Position numbers and translations under genes: made by a program. Of a stretch of DNA of 64,000 nt, positions 1-11,092 are shown one piece after another; positions within the stretch are counted from its first letter, which is position 1, and each line of letters starts with the position of its first letter. The stretch lies in assembly GCF_006345805.1 (NCBI RefSeq), contig NC_043022.1:6510001-6574000 (forward strand). Reading direction: 5' to 3'. This DNA is from Octopus sinensis. Its lineage: Eukaryota. The notes below the pieces were generated by a model, which worked only from the letters and a program-made list of their open reading frames with translations, was not told the origin of the DNA and ran no database searches.

Positions 1-88
1 ATCTTTTGACGAGTTAACTCGCCAGAGATAGAAAAAAAACGATTTCGGTCAAAACGAATATATTCGTTTCTGCCGGGTAAGGGGTTAA
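1..88. mobile_element. piggyBac-type MITE family B, truncated by window edge
   Basis: Ends GGGTAAGGGG followed by TTAA; reverse complement of the start of the copies at 50333 and 59232. Confidence 0.75.
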
Positions 89-140
89 AGCTTCAATCCT
101 AATCAAAGAGAGACTGGAAAAGTGGAACGAGATGACTTAC

Positions 141-385
141 CTGACTCGTCCGAGAAATAAAAACTTTGATGCCAGGCAGAAGAAGAGACCAGAAATAGCA
201 ATGGAACAAACGTTTCTGCTGAGCAGCTGACACAGATGAACCGACCAAATGGGCAACATCATTGTTGTGAAGAAGTTCAAAGAGATTTGGAAGATGTATG
301 CAATAAGGAGGATGATAGCAGAGACAAAACTGAACATTTGTAGGAGGGACGGCAGCTGGGCTTGAACACACGACAACTTGGATGA
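141..385 (-). CDS. TMEM201: TMEM201/Samp1 exon 5 (hydrophobic transmembrane segments); gene continues off left edge
   Basis: Acceptor ttttaatttcag, donor AG|gtaagt; 245 nt, phase 0 to 2; SSKLSCVQAQLPSLLQMFSFVSAIILLIAYIFQISLNFFTTMMLPIWSVHLCQLLSRNVCSIAISGLFFCLASKFLFLGRV; in frame with exon 4. Confidence 0.8.
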
Positions 386-585
386 CTGAAATTAAAACAA
401 CACAATGGAAAGGATTAGTGAAATTTTCATTTCAATATAAACACAGCAAAACCTCGGTCAAAGAATGTCTCTCATCATCAACAAATCAGTTTACAAAGGA
501 TTTTTCTAATCTAAAACATGTCAGGTGACAAACGGTGTCTTGAATAATGAACATGCAAGCTGGCATGGACGGTTGGCAACAAGCT

Positions 586-674
586 GAGAGTCTCAGCCGA
601 AGAGAGTCTCAGCCAAAGAGAGTCTCAGCCGAAGAGAGTCTCAGCCAAAGAGAGTCTCAGCCGAAGAGAGTCAG
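586..674. repeat. 16-bp minisatellite, about 5.5 units
   Basis: GAGAGTCTCAGCCRAA units at 586, 602, 618, 634, 650 and 666 (partial), alternating G/A. Confidence 0.9.
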
Positions 675-836
675 TCGCCATCCAGCTTTCACTCAGTGCA
701 CAGCTCTGATTGAATTAGCTGAGCATTCTCTTGAATTTCCTGTGAGGAAAATAGTTTACAGACATTTTTGGAGATGAATAGCCTTCAGGAAAGAAATTAG
801 ATTCATAAACAAAGATTCCACTATATAGTGTGTATA

Positions 837-1170
837 TATATTGTATAGAGGGCATTATTACACATAAATGCCTCACACTAAGAGGGACAAAGTCATTACT
901 ACCAAAATTACACTAATCATACCTAAATGCAGTTCTTCAAAGCAAGACATTTAAAAAATGAATTTAGTTCTGTATCACCTGTGATTTCACATTTAACGTA
1001 TAAAAAATTACGTCTATGATCATCAGCAGAACTGATTCTGAACACATCATAAATAAACGACCAACCTTACCTAGTGAAGACGAACAGATATCTATTCACT
1101 CCGGCGAAGCACATGGAATGTTTATAAAGTGTGAGGCATTTATGTGTAATAATGCCCTCTATACAATATA
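837..1170. mobile_element. Penelope-like palindromic remnant (43-bp perfect inverted arms)
   Basis: Arms 837-879 and 1128-1170 are exact reverse complements, flanked by TA-rich DNA and enclosing a hammerhead motif. Confidence 0.55.
966..1033 (-). ncRNA. Type I hammerhead ribozyme motif (C3:G8)
   Basis: Minus strand: aguucug CUGAUGA u-cau-ag-acgua-(loop)-uacgu-uaa-aug-u GAAA ucac ag guga UA cagaacu; 7-bp helix I, intact core, AUA cleavage triplet. Confidence 0.7.
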
Positions 1171-1890
1171 AATATAATTAATTTGTTCAAAAGGAAAAAA
1201 ATTATTTTCGAATGCTTTTCTCTTATGAGGTTTTTCACGCTAACTACCTGATAATTTCTTGTTAAGATTCCTTATTAAGAAGTTATCCTTAATTGTTATA
1301 TATATATGTGTGTGTGTAGGAAGAGAGAGAGGGGGGGAGTAAAGAGCCCCTTTTGGTCATGAATGACTATGGGATTGCATGTAGAAAGTAAGCTCCCCAC
1401 TGAGGCATAAATCCAGGCAGGAAGACCAGCAGTCACCCATGCATAACAGCCTCCCCTCTCCATGCCACCAGTGTTATCCAAGGCAAAGGGGCCGATACAG
1501 CTTGGAACCAGTGATGTCGCAACTTATTTCTACAACTGAGTGAAAATGGAGCAAAGTGAAATAAAGTGTCTTGCTCAAGAACATAATCTCTAGCCCAGTC
1601 CAAGAATCAAACACACCACCTGATTGTGAGCCCAATGCTTTAACCACTGAGCCATGCATCTTCACCATCTATATATATATAGATACACACACACACATAT
1701 ATCATTTAATATACAAAGAATTTTTAAAAAGGGGCTACTAATAGTATCATGCTGTACAGGTACAATAATTTGGCTGATTTAAATAACATGCCACATGGCC
1801 ATGGAGCTACAGGGCAGGTTATATAAATCTGCCAATTTAAGGTGCCTTAAAGCATGAAACTATTAAGAGCTTTGTTGTATTCCATGTATA

Positions 1891-2117
1891 TTAACCCTTT
1901 AGTATTTAAACCGGCCATATCCGGCCAAAATAGTTAATCTGTTTTACATTCAAACTGACCAGATCCAGGCTCTCACACCTACCCTACAATGTTATTCTAC
2001 ATTAAGTAATTACACCATCAAGATCTTGAAGATATGAGATAATGCAGGATTAATTCAAATCAATGGGAATCAATAAGCATTATGTTTGATACAATAATCA
2101 GAACACTAAAGGGTTAA
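1891..2117. mobile_element. piggyBac-type MITE family A (~225 bp)
   Basis: TTAA target duplication, CCCTTTAG...CTAAAGGG termini. Confidence 0.8.
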
Positions 2118-2202
2118 ATGATGTTTATATCTCACAAGACAGAAAATCTTTTTTTTGCTGATCCCATCTATAATGGAACAATAAACTATATATGTGTATA
2201 TA

Positions 2203-2600
2203 TCTCTCTTTTACTTTCTTTTACTTGTTCGTCATTTGACTGTTGTCATGCTGGAGCACCACCTTTAGTCGAGCAAATCGACCCCAGGACTTATTCTTTG
2301 TAAGCCTAGTACTTATTCTATCGGTCTCTTTTTGCCGAACCATTAAGTTACGGAGACATAAACACACCAGCATTGGTTGTGAAGCGATGCTGGGGGAACA
2401 AACACAGACACGCACACATACATATATATATATATATATACGACAGGCTTCTTTCAGTTTCCGTCTACCAAATCCACTCACAAGGCTTTGGTCAGCCCAA
2501 GGCTATAGTAGAAGACACTTGCCCATGATGCCACACAGTGGGACTGAACCCGGAACCATGTGGTTCGTAAGCAAGCTACTTACCACACAGCCACTCCTAT
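2203..2600 (-). mobile_element. tRNA-derived SINE family 1
   Basis: Head with A box TGGCTGTGTGG and B box GGTTCAGTCCC on minus strand, internal TA/CA microsatellite, GTAAAAGA-type tail; more than 10 copies in window. Confidence 0.8.
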
Positions 2601-2936
2601 ACATATATAATTTGCACACATATATTCTTGTATTGCTTGGTTCTTGTTTCAGCCATAGGACTGTGGCCATGCTGGGGCATCACCTTCAAGCGTTTAGTCA
2701 AATTGATCCCAGGACTTATTTTTAAGGTTAACTACTTATTCTATTGGTCACAACTGTTATGGTTGTTTAGCCCCAGGTCAGTCTTAATCCACTGAGCCTA
2801 TGATCAGAGATGTTCCATCCATGCCCATCTCATCTTTTATTCTAAGCAGTGTACATCAACAACTACAGCATCCAAATATTTTTTTTTCTTAAGGCTTGAA
2901 GCAAGAGGGGAAGAAGAAACTAGATAGGGAAAGCCT

Positions 2937-3163
2937 TTAACCCTTTAGTATTTAAACCGGCCATATCCGGCCAAAATATTTAATCTGTTTTATGTTCAAA
3001 CTGACCAGATCCAGGCTCTCGCACCTACCCTACAATGTTATTCTACATTAAGTAATTACACCATCAAGATCTTGAAGATATGAGATAATGCATGATTGAT
3101 TCAAATCAATGGGAATCAATAGGTATTATGTTTGATTGAATAATCTGAACACTAAAGGGTTAA
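2937..3163. mobile_element. piggyBac-type MITE family A
   Basis: TTAA/CCCTTTAG termini; near-identical to 1891-2117. Confidence 0.8.
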
Positions 3164-3249
3164 GGCTTTACTTATAAAGTGAGTTTGTCCAACCCATGCC
3201 AGCATGGAAAACAGATGTTAAGTGATGATGATGATGATGATGAGCTTAC

Positions 3250-3453
3250 CTGAGATAAGGTAGAAGTAGAGACTGTAGAGACAGAAGAGGCAGGGGACAA
3301 AGCACTGCCGCTGAGAGTCTGGGGGTATTTCATCTTCAAAAACATATCGAGTTTTTCCAGTTCCTGTTGCACATAGAGTTTACACTTGTAGCAGAGATTG
3401 TAGATTTTCTCCAGATGTTCCTTGTAGTCGTTCACCTCTTTATTGTAGTTGGC
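3250..3453 (-). CDS. TMEM201: TMEM201 exon 4
   Basis: Acceptor ttgtttag, donor CAG|gtaagc; 204 nt, phase 0-0; ANYNKEVNDYKEHLEKIYNLCYKCKLYVQQEL matches the Ima1_N segment Y..EV..Y..HLE..Y.LC..C. Confidence 0.9.
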
Positions 3454-4822
3454 CTAAACAATTTGGAAAACAAGTAAATACTATTATTAATAATGATCCT
3501 TTCTACTGTAGGCACAAGGCCCGGAATCTGGGGGGAGGGGGAGGGGATAGTCAATTACATCGACCCCAGTACTTGACTGATACTTAATTTATTGTACCTG
3601 AAAGGATGAAACGCAAAGTCAACCTCGGTGGAATTTGAACTCAAAACGTAAAGACAGACAAAATGTCGCTAAGCATTTTGCCCAGCATGCTAACAACTCT
3701 GCCAGCTCACAGCTTTATTATCATTATTATTATTGTTATTATTGTTATTATTATTATTATTAATAACAATGATTTCTTTTATGTGCCACCAGCACAAAGG
3801 ATTAGGGGGACAATACAGACATAAAAAGGGGGTTTACATATGAAATGATAAAATAAAGAAAAAATATATAAGCATACATGGCATACAATAAAGAAGGGAC
3901 GTATATACAGTATACAAAAGTAAAAACAAAAAAGGATGATAGAGATACAAGAGAGACCTCTAAGGATAGGGATAATCAAGGAACCCCACTGCCTAAGACC
4001 TCCCTAAACACCAAGGGCAAGTGACCTCTCCAGTTCCTTTCCTCCAACTCACAGGTCCACACTGTAGACTGATACTTATTTTATCAACCCCGAAAGGCGA
4101 AGAGGCAAAATCAGAATTTGAACTCAAAACATGACAACTAATACAATGTAATCGTCACAGCCCATGCATTCATAAGAAGTTGTTGTTTTTTTCTAGTCAT
4201 ACCTGTTATAATTGGAAGGTTTGAAAATTAATTAGGCTAAAAAAAGACAGCAAACAATTTTGTGTGGTATGATTGATTGATTCTAGTTTCAGCTCACGAG
4301 CTGTGGCCATGCTGGGGCACCGCCATGCTAACAAGTATGCTAACAAGTCAGCCATCTCACTGCCTTAATTATTATAATGATGATGATGATGATGATGGCT
4401 TGAAATTTTGCAACAAGGGCAGCAATTTTGGAGGGAAAGGAATGAGTTGTTTACATTAACCCCAGTGTTTAACTGGTACTTATTTTATCAACCCCAAAAG
4501 GATGAAAGACAAAGTTAGTAGCAGCAGACAAAATACTGCTCATCGTTTCGTCCAGTGTGCTAACGATTCTGCCAGCTCACTGCCTTAATAAGGATGATAT
4601 TGAGGCTATAATCCATGCCAGCTGTAAATATCCTGCCAAAACAGTCACAGAAGTCTGATACAGGCTTTGGCCTGGCCAGCTTTTGTGGTACCGCCCCCAC
4701 CCATGGAACACAGATGTTAAATGATGATGATGATGGTCTCAAATTTTGGTACAAGGCCAATAATTTCAGAGTTAGGGTGAAAGTTGATAATAATAATTAT
4801 AATAATAATGATGATGATGGTA

Positions 4823-5285
4823 ATCATCATCATCATCATCATCATCATCGTTTAACGTCCGCTTTCCATGCTAGCATGGGTTGGACGGTTCAACTGGGGT
4901 CTGGGGAGCCCGAAGGCTGCACCAGGCCAGTCAGATCTGGCAGTGTTTCTACAGCTGGATGCCCTTCCTAACGCCAACCACTCCGAGAGTGTAGTGGGTG
5001 ATTTTATGTGCCACCGACACAGGTGCCAGACGAGGCTGGCAAACGGCCACGCTCGGATGGTGTTTTTTATGTGCCACCGACACAGGTGCCAGACGAGGCT
5101 GGCAGATGGCCACGCTCGGATGGTGTTTTTATGTGCCACCGACACAGGTGCCAGACGAGGCTGGTGAACGGCCACGATCGGATGGTGTTTGTTACGTGCC
5201 CACAGCACGGAGGCCAGTCAATGTGGTACTGGCTACGGCCACGTTCGGATGGTTTTCTTATGTGCCACCGGCACTGGTACCACAA
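4823..5285 (-). mobile_element. SINE family 3 ((GAT)n-tailed, internal ~60-bp tandem units)
   Basis: Core AGGAAGGGCATCCAGCTGTAGAAAC and (GAT)n tail on minus strand; more than 10 copies in window. Confidence 0.75.
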
Positions 5286-5546
5286 AGATACAAATTCCTT
5301 TGATGTTCATCTATTTTGATTTGGTATAATAATGATAACAATAATGATGATGATAATAATCCTCTCTACTATAAGCACAAGGGTTGAAATTTGGGGGAAG
5401 ATGGGGGGAAGTCGATTAAATTAACCCCAGTGCATAACAGGTACTTTTTCCATTGACCCCCAAAATGATGAAAGGATGAAAATTGATTTCAGCAGAATTT
5501 GTATAATTAGTATTAATAATAATTGAGACAACATTACAAGACTCAC

Positions 5547-5717
5547 CTCAACAAATGGCTTGAAGACAGCCAACTGTTGAACTTTGAGAAGTTGTCTTTC
5601 ATTGCAGGCAGAACAGAGACCGTTGGATAAAGGAACCATTTTCTCTTTGGAACAGGAAATTGGGAAGTTGAGTTCGGAAGACCATTGAGCTGGAATTGGT
5701 TTATTGTAATCTCCATC
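5547..5717 (-). CDS. TMEM201: TMEM201 exon 3
   Basis: Acceptor ttctgtatttag, donor GAG|gtgagt; 171 nt, phase 0-0; DGDYNKPIPAQWSSELNFPISCSKEKMVPLSNGLCSACNERQLLKVQQLAVFKPFVE contains GDYNKPIPAQ and LCxxCN..Q..K..QLA.F.P. Confidence 0.92.
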
Positions 5718-5825
5718 CTAAATACAGAAACAAAAAGGAAAAGAAAAAGTATATCAAAATTTGGAAAAGAAAATAAAATTATCAAAAATATAGCAAAAGC
5801 AAAACAAAATGATAGAGAAATCCTA

Positions 5826-6256
5826 TGACTGGCACCCGGCAGATGCCAGGACCCCTGGACTGGAGATACGTAAAAAGCACTATCCGAATTGTGGCCGATG
5901 CCAGCGCCGCCTCGACTGGCTTCTGCGTCGGTGGCACGTAAAAAGCACCATTCGAATCGTGGCCAAAGCCAGTGCCGCCTTGACTGGCTTCTGTGCAGGT
6001 GGCACGTAAAATGCACCAATCCGACTGTGGCCGTTGCCAGCCTCGCCTGGCACCTGTGCAGGTGGCACGTAAAAAGCACCCACTACACTCACGGAGTGGT
6101 TGGCGTTAGGAAGGGCATCCAGCTGTAGAAACATTGCCAGATAGGACCGGAGCCTGGTGCAGCCTTCTGGCTTCCCAGATCCCCAGTCGAACCGTCCAAC
6201 CCATGCTAGCATGGAGAACGGACGTTAAACGATGATGATGATGATGATGATGATGA
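5826..6256 (+). mobile_element. SINE family 3
   Basis: Same core sequence, (GAT)n tail. Confidence 0.75.
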
Positions 6257-6761
6257 AGACCCCCAACAGGTGCATCAGTTGTTTTTCGACATGGGACAGG
6301 ACTTATGCTCATTGGTTTGTTCAATCCCAGGTATCTTTATCTTCTATTTACTGTGGCCATGCTGGGGCACCATCTTGAAGAACTTTTAGTCAAGCAAATT
6401 GACCCCTACCCCAGAGTACTTACCATTTTTTAAAGTTTGGTACTTGTTCTATCAGTCACTTTCGCCAAACTGCTAAGTTTCAGGGACATAAACCCACCAA
6501 CACCAATTGCCAACAAGTGGTGGTGGGAGACAAACACAAATACATGCACACACACAGAGAGAGAGAGAGAGAGAGACACACACACAATCACACATGCTGG
6601 GCTTCTTTCAGTTTCCATCTATCAAATCCACAAGGCTTTGATCAGCCTGAAGCTACAGTAGAAGATACTTGCTCTGGGTGTCATGCAGTGGGACTGAACC
6701 TGAAACCATGTGGTTGGGAAGCTAACTTCTTACCACACAGCCACACCTGTTCTTACGTTAA

Positions 6762-6960
6762 AGCCTCGTCTGGCACCTGTGTCGGTGGCACATAAAATCA
6801 CCCACTACACTCTCGGAGTGGTTGGCATTAGGAAGGGCATCCAGCTGTAGAAACACTGCCAGATCTGACTGGCCTGGTGCAGCCTTCCGTTCTCCCCAGA
6901 CCCCAGTTGAACCGTCCAACCCATGCTAGCATGGAAAGCGGACGTTAAACGATGATGATT
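6762..6960 (+). mobile_element. SINE family 3, 3' part
   Basis: Near-identical reverse complement of 4840-5038. Confidence 0.75.
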
Positions 6961-7187
6961 GATTTCTAACAGATGCAAAGCCACACAATTTGGTAGAGGT
7001 GGGGGGCTTACAGTTACAACTGACATTCATATTCAACCGGTTTATTTGACCCCAGAAAGCCAAGTTGATCTTGGTAGAGTTTGAACACACAACATAAAGA
7101 TACACTTTACTTCAAGACATTTTCTCTGTCCCCTTATCAATCCCCTCATTACTCACAAATGTGTTAATGTCACCTTTATCTTCTTAC

Positions 7188-7305
7188 CTTTTTAAATCCA
7201 TTGTACTGTTCACAGTGGGGGCAATCCCAGCAATTACAATTACCAAAGGGGACGGTGGATTTCTCACTACAAAACCAACACACGACTCGAACGGGGAACT
7301 TGGCC
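7188..7305 (-). CDS. TMEM201: TMEM201 exon 2 (Ima1 N-terminal CxxC motifs)
   Basis: Acceptor attattttcag, donor AAG|gtaaga; 118 nt; AKFPVRVVCWFCSEKSTVPFGNCNCWDCPHCEQYNGFKK matches the family signature CWFC...GN.NCWDCPHCEQYNGF. Confidence 0.95.
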
Positions 7306-7510
7306 CTGAAAATAATCAATACAAAATAATACAGTGACACCACCAAGCTCATCTTACGATTTACTCGTTTTACAAATCAATTATCCCCATTGAAATTAGC
7401 TCAAATATAATTAATCCGTTCCAACCCCCACCAAAACCACTCAAAAGTAAATTTTCATGGGTTTTAAAAAAGAAACAGTGTCGTCACAAGTAAAGTGACA
7501 ATTATAAAAA

Positions 7511-7734
7511 AGCTGGCAGAAACGTTAGCACGCTGGGTGAAATGCGTAGCCGTATTTCGTCTGCTGTTACGTTCTGAGTTCAAATTCCGCCGAGGTCGAC
7601 TTTGCCTTTCATCCTTTCGGGGTCGATTAAATAAGTACCAGTTACGCACTGGGGTTGATATAATCGACTTAGTCCCTTTGTCTGTCCATGTTTGTCCCCT
7701 CTGTGTTTAACCCCTTGAGGGTAGTAAAGAAATA
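7511..7734 (+). mobile_element. SINE family 2
   Basis: AGCTGGCAGAAACG head, GAGTTCAAATTCC B box, GGTCGACTTTGCCTTTCATCCTTTCGGGGTCGA body; multiple copies in window. Confidence 0.75.
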
Positions 7735-7926
7735 GACAATTATAAAAAAGAGAATGCCAAAGGAATGTGTAAACTGGTTTTCTTAACTGAATTACCTGAA
7801 AGATGGGATGATTTGTCTGCTCGTACTGCGGATTGCCGCTTGTACTTCAGGACAAAGATTCACACGAGTCTTGACTCATACAATGGGGCACTCGCACTGC
7901 GAGGTTCTACTGTGTAAGCAATTCAT

Positions 7927-8155
7927 TTAACCCTTTAGTGTTCGCATTATTCTGCCAAAATTAATGCTTCTTCATCCACATTGTTTTGAATTAATCATGC
8001 ATTATCTAGTAGCTATGAGATTTTGATGAGGTAGCTGTTAATTTTTAAAATAATATTGTAGGGTTGGTGTGAGAGACCAGATATGGCCAGTCTGAACATA
8101 AAACAGGCAGAATATTTTTGGCCGGATATGGCCAGTTTAAATGCTAAAGGGTTAA
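7927..8155. mobile_element. piggyBac-type MITE family A
   Basis: TTAA/CCCTTTAG termini. Confidence 0.8.
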
Positions 8156-9736
8156 TCTAAGAAATATATTCAAGAATGGATTAAGATAATCTATGTGAAG
8201 GCACATAGCTTAATGGTTAGGGTATTCAGTTCAGGATTGTCAGGTTGGTAGCTCAATTCCTGGTGACATGTTGAGTTGTTAAGCAAGATGTTTTATTTTC
8301 CCAATACTCCTGTCCACTCAGCTGACAAAAATGAGTTGTACCAGTAATTCAAAGGGGCTTAGCCTTGTTACATTCTGTGTCACACTGAATCTCGCTGAGA
8401 ACGACATGAAGGGCAAGCATGGTGTGGATAGATGCAGGAGTGACAATGTGGTAAGAAGCTTGCTTCCCAACCACATGGTTCCAGGTTCAGTCCCACTGCA
8501 TGGCACCTTGGGCAAGTGTCTTCTACTATAGCCTCAGGCCGGCCAAAGCCTTCAGAGTGGATTTGGTAGACGGAAACTGAAAGAAGCCCATAGTCTTGCT
8601 AAAACTGACATCGACTGTGCTTGTGCCACATAAAAAGCACCAAGTCCACTCTGCTGAGTGGTTGGTGTTAGGAAGGGCATCCAGCTGTAAAACCCTGCCA
8701 AAACAATCACAGATGTCTGGTGCAGGCCTCTGTCAGGCTGGTTCTTGTGAAACGGTCCCACCCATGCCAGCATGGAAGGCGAACGTTAAACGATGATGAT
8801 CATGATATATGTTCGTGGATCTGTGTTTGCCCCCCCCCCACCGCCATCGCTTGACAACCGATGTTGGTGTGTTTACGTCCCCATAACTTAGAGGTTCGGC
8901 AAAAGAGACCGATGCAATAAGTATTAGGCTTACAAAGAATAAGTCCTGGAATTGATCTAATTGACAACATAAATGATTTTCACTCTTTTCAATAACAAAA
9001 AACCCCTTTTATTTAAAGGAATTTTCCCCAGACACCCTATAAAACAATAACTGGCTCAAATAAAATATCCGCCCAACCCATGCAAGCATGGAAAAACAAA
9101 CGTAAGACAAATGAACAACTCCATCCCCGGTTTTGAAACGTTTGTCTTATCAACAAATTGTGGGCTCAGCTCACGAACCCTTAAAAGTCCGAGGGCTCCC
9201 ACCCATCCTGACTGGACACCACTGGGCTATACCCAGCTCCTAAAATATGGACCCTGTCCCGTGTTAGAAATCAATAAATACAGTTGTTGTCTTCGATCTG
9301 TCTCTGGGATCGCCAATGAAACAAGATCGAATTCTATATTTGTGTGGTTGGTGATGTCCCCCACCCCAACTCATTTGATCAAAAGACAACCCTGCCAGGA
9401 ACATCCCGATTTTTATTTCTAGGCAGATTAGTCTACCTTGGACTACACTACCGAATGTGTTTCATCTGAGATAGTAAAGTCTAATTTATTCTTTAACCCC
9501 AGGTCAGTCCCCATCGATCAGACCATGATCAAAAGGGATTCTAGCCATGACCGTCCCAACTTTTCAGACAACAGTATCCAATAAAAAAAAAAAGGCTGTA
9601 GACGTGATTCAAGGGAGTTGGCTGCTGTTTCTAACAGATCGAACGTCAGCACGTGTATTGGTGTAGTTTTAATAATCCCACCAAAGCTAAACCCCGCAGC
9701 ACTGTGACAACTGCACGTGTAAGCAATTGATATACT

Positions 9737-10092
9737 ACCACATGTTGGGTGGTAATCGAAGGATCCAGCGATCGAATCGCTGTTGATCCTTCTAGCTATG
9801 TCCACCCCATTTTTTATTTTCATGCACAGTGTACCTAAGACTACATTAACAAAAACCACATGTTGGGTGGTAATCGAAGGATCCAGCGATCGAATCGCTG
9901 TTGATCCTTCTAGCTATGTCCACCCCATTTTTTATTTTCGTGCACAGTGTACCTAAGACTACATTAACAAAAACCACATGTTGGGTGGTAATCGAAGGAT
10001 CCAGCGATCGAATCGCTGTTGATCCTTCTAGCTATGTCCACCCCATTTTTTATTTTCATGCACAGTGTACCTAAGACTACATTAACAAAAAC
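9737..10092. repeat. 3 x 118-bp tandem repeat with an internal hairpin
   Basis: Units start at 9737, 9855 and 9973, near-identical; each contains GAAGGATC-CAGCGAT-cga-ATCGCTG-tt-GATCCTTC. Confidence 0.9.
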
Positions 10093-10356
10093 GTCCTGCG
10101 TGAGTAGACTGTGGTCCGAAGACAGAAAGGCGGGAAAGATTGGCTGCTATTTCTAACAGGTTTAGCGATCTCGTAAAGGTTTCCTTGTAATGTGGTAAAG
10201 ACTTCATTAATTTCGACGACCACTGCGAGTCGTGTTGCGAGGTTTGAGGCAAAGCAAAATGCAATTAATTACAGGAACAAACAGATTTTTCTAGAAACAA
10301 ATGTCTGTGAAATAAACGTATCCTGTCCGATTCTGTTTCTCGAAAACAGGAGCTAA

Positions 10357-10573
10357 AATTTATGGCGATCTTTCGTTTGTAGTAGCACGTTTCCGTCGTT
10401 GATTTCCGTAAAAAACTTTAATTTTTTTACATATGGGCTTGCGGGAACATTTGAAGTAATGAGAGCGAAAGAGACTAAGAGTTCCCGCAAGCCCATATGT
10501 AAAAAAATTAAAGTTTTTTTTACACAAATCATCGACGGAAACGTGCTACTACAAACGAAAGATCGCCAAATTT
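10357..10573. repeat. Long inverted repeat (~90-bp arms, 32-nt spacer), MITE-like
   Basis: 10357-10448 is a near-perfect reverse complement of 10481-10573. Confidence 0.85.
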
Positions 10574-10929
10574 ATTGTTTCTGACGTTAAATCCTTGCAA
10601 TTAGTGATTAATTAAAATATATTAAGAAAAAAAAGCGATAAAATGTTTGGATTTTGGGTTTTGGGGTTGAAAAAGCGAAGGATTCCGATTGAATCGAAGA
10701 ATTTAATGAGAATAAAGGAAATAAATAAGAGAAAAGAGAAAAAGTGGAGACGGAAGACAGATATGGGTAAATGCGTGGGTGCCTGGTGGTGGTTCGCTCC
10801 CTCCCGACACGTGTTGGCGCCAAATTGAGAGGAAAAACAAAAAAAAAACAAGAAAATAGAAGAAAACTCTGCAAAAAAAAAAGATTTCAATGGAAATCAA
10901 TTTAAAAGGGAAACGGCAAAGAAGCTCAC

Positions 10930-11036
10930 CTAATTAGCTTAAATATTAAAACCGTACAACCAAATAGTGCAAAAACTGCGAGAAAAGCGGCGACGATCTG
11001 TAAATAAAGGAAATACTCCATGGTGGACATGGCCAT
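10930..11036 (-). CDS. TMEM201: TMEM201 exon 1 (N-terminal hydrophobic segment)
   Basis: Three in-frame ATGs (11036, 11030, 11021); MAMSTMEYFLYLQIVAAFLAVFALFGCTVLIFKLI(R); donor AG|gtgagc; phase 2 fits exon 2. Confidence 0.85.
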
Positions 11037-11040
11037 AACA

Positions 11041-11092
11041 CCGGAAGTGTCGGCATCTACGACGGAAGTGACGTCAATGAGCACGGCTGACG
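11041..11092. promoter_or_regulatory. TMEM201 proximal promoter: ETS site plus composite ETS-CRE
   Basis: CCGGAAGT at 11041; CGGAAGTGACGTCA at 11063-11076 with full CRE TGACGTCA at 11069-11076; half-CRE TGACG near 11088; CpG-rich patch next to the start codon. Confidence 0.65.

Noticed and set aside
1071-1120. Donor-like TAG|gtaagg on the minus strand in TMEM201 intron 4
   Set aside because: It lies inside the palindromic repeat, has no good acceptor, and exons 4 and 5 already join in frame.
7797-7912. Possible extra TMEM201 exon (donor CAG|gtaatt)
   Set aside because: The acceptor is weak, there is no family similarity, and exons 1 and 2 join cleanly without it.
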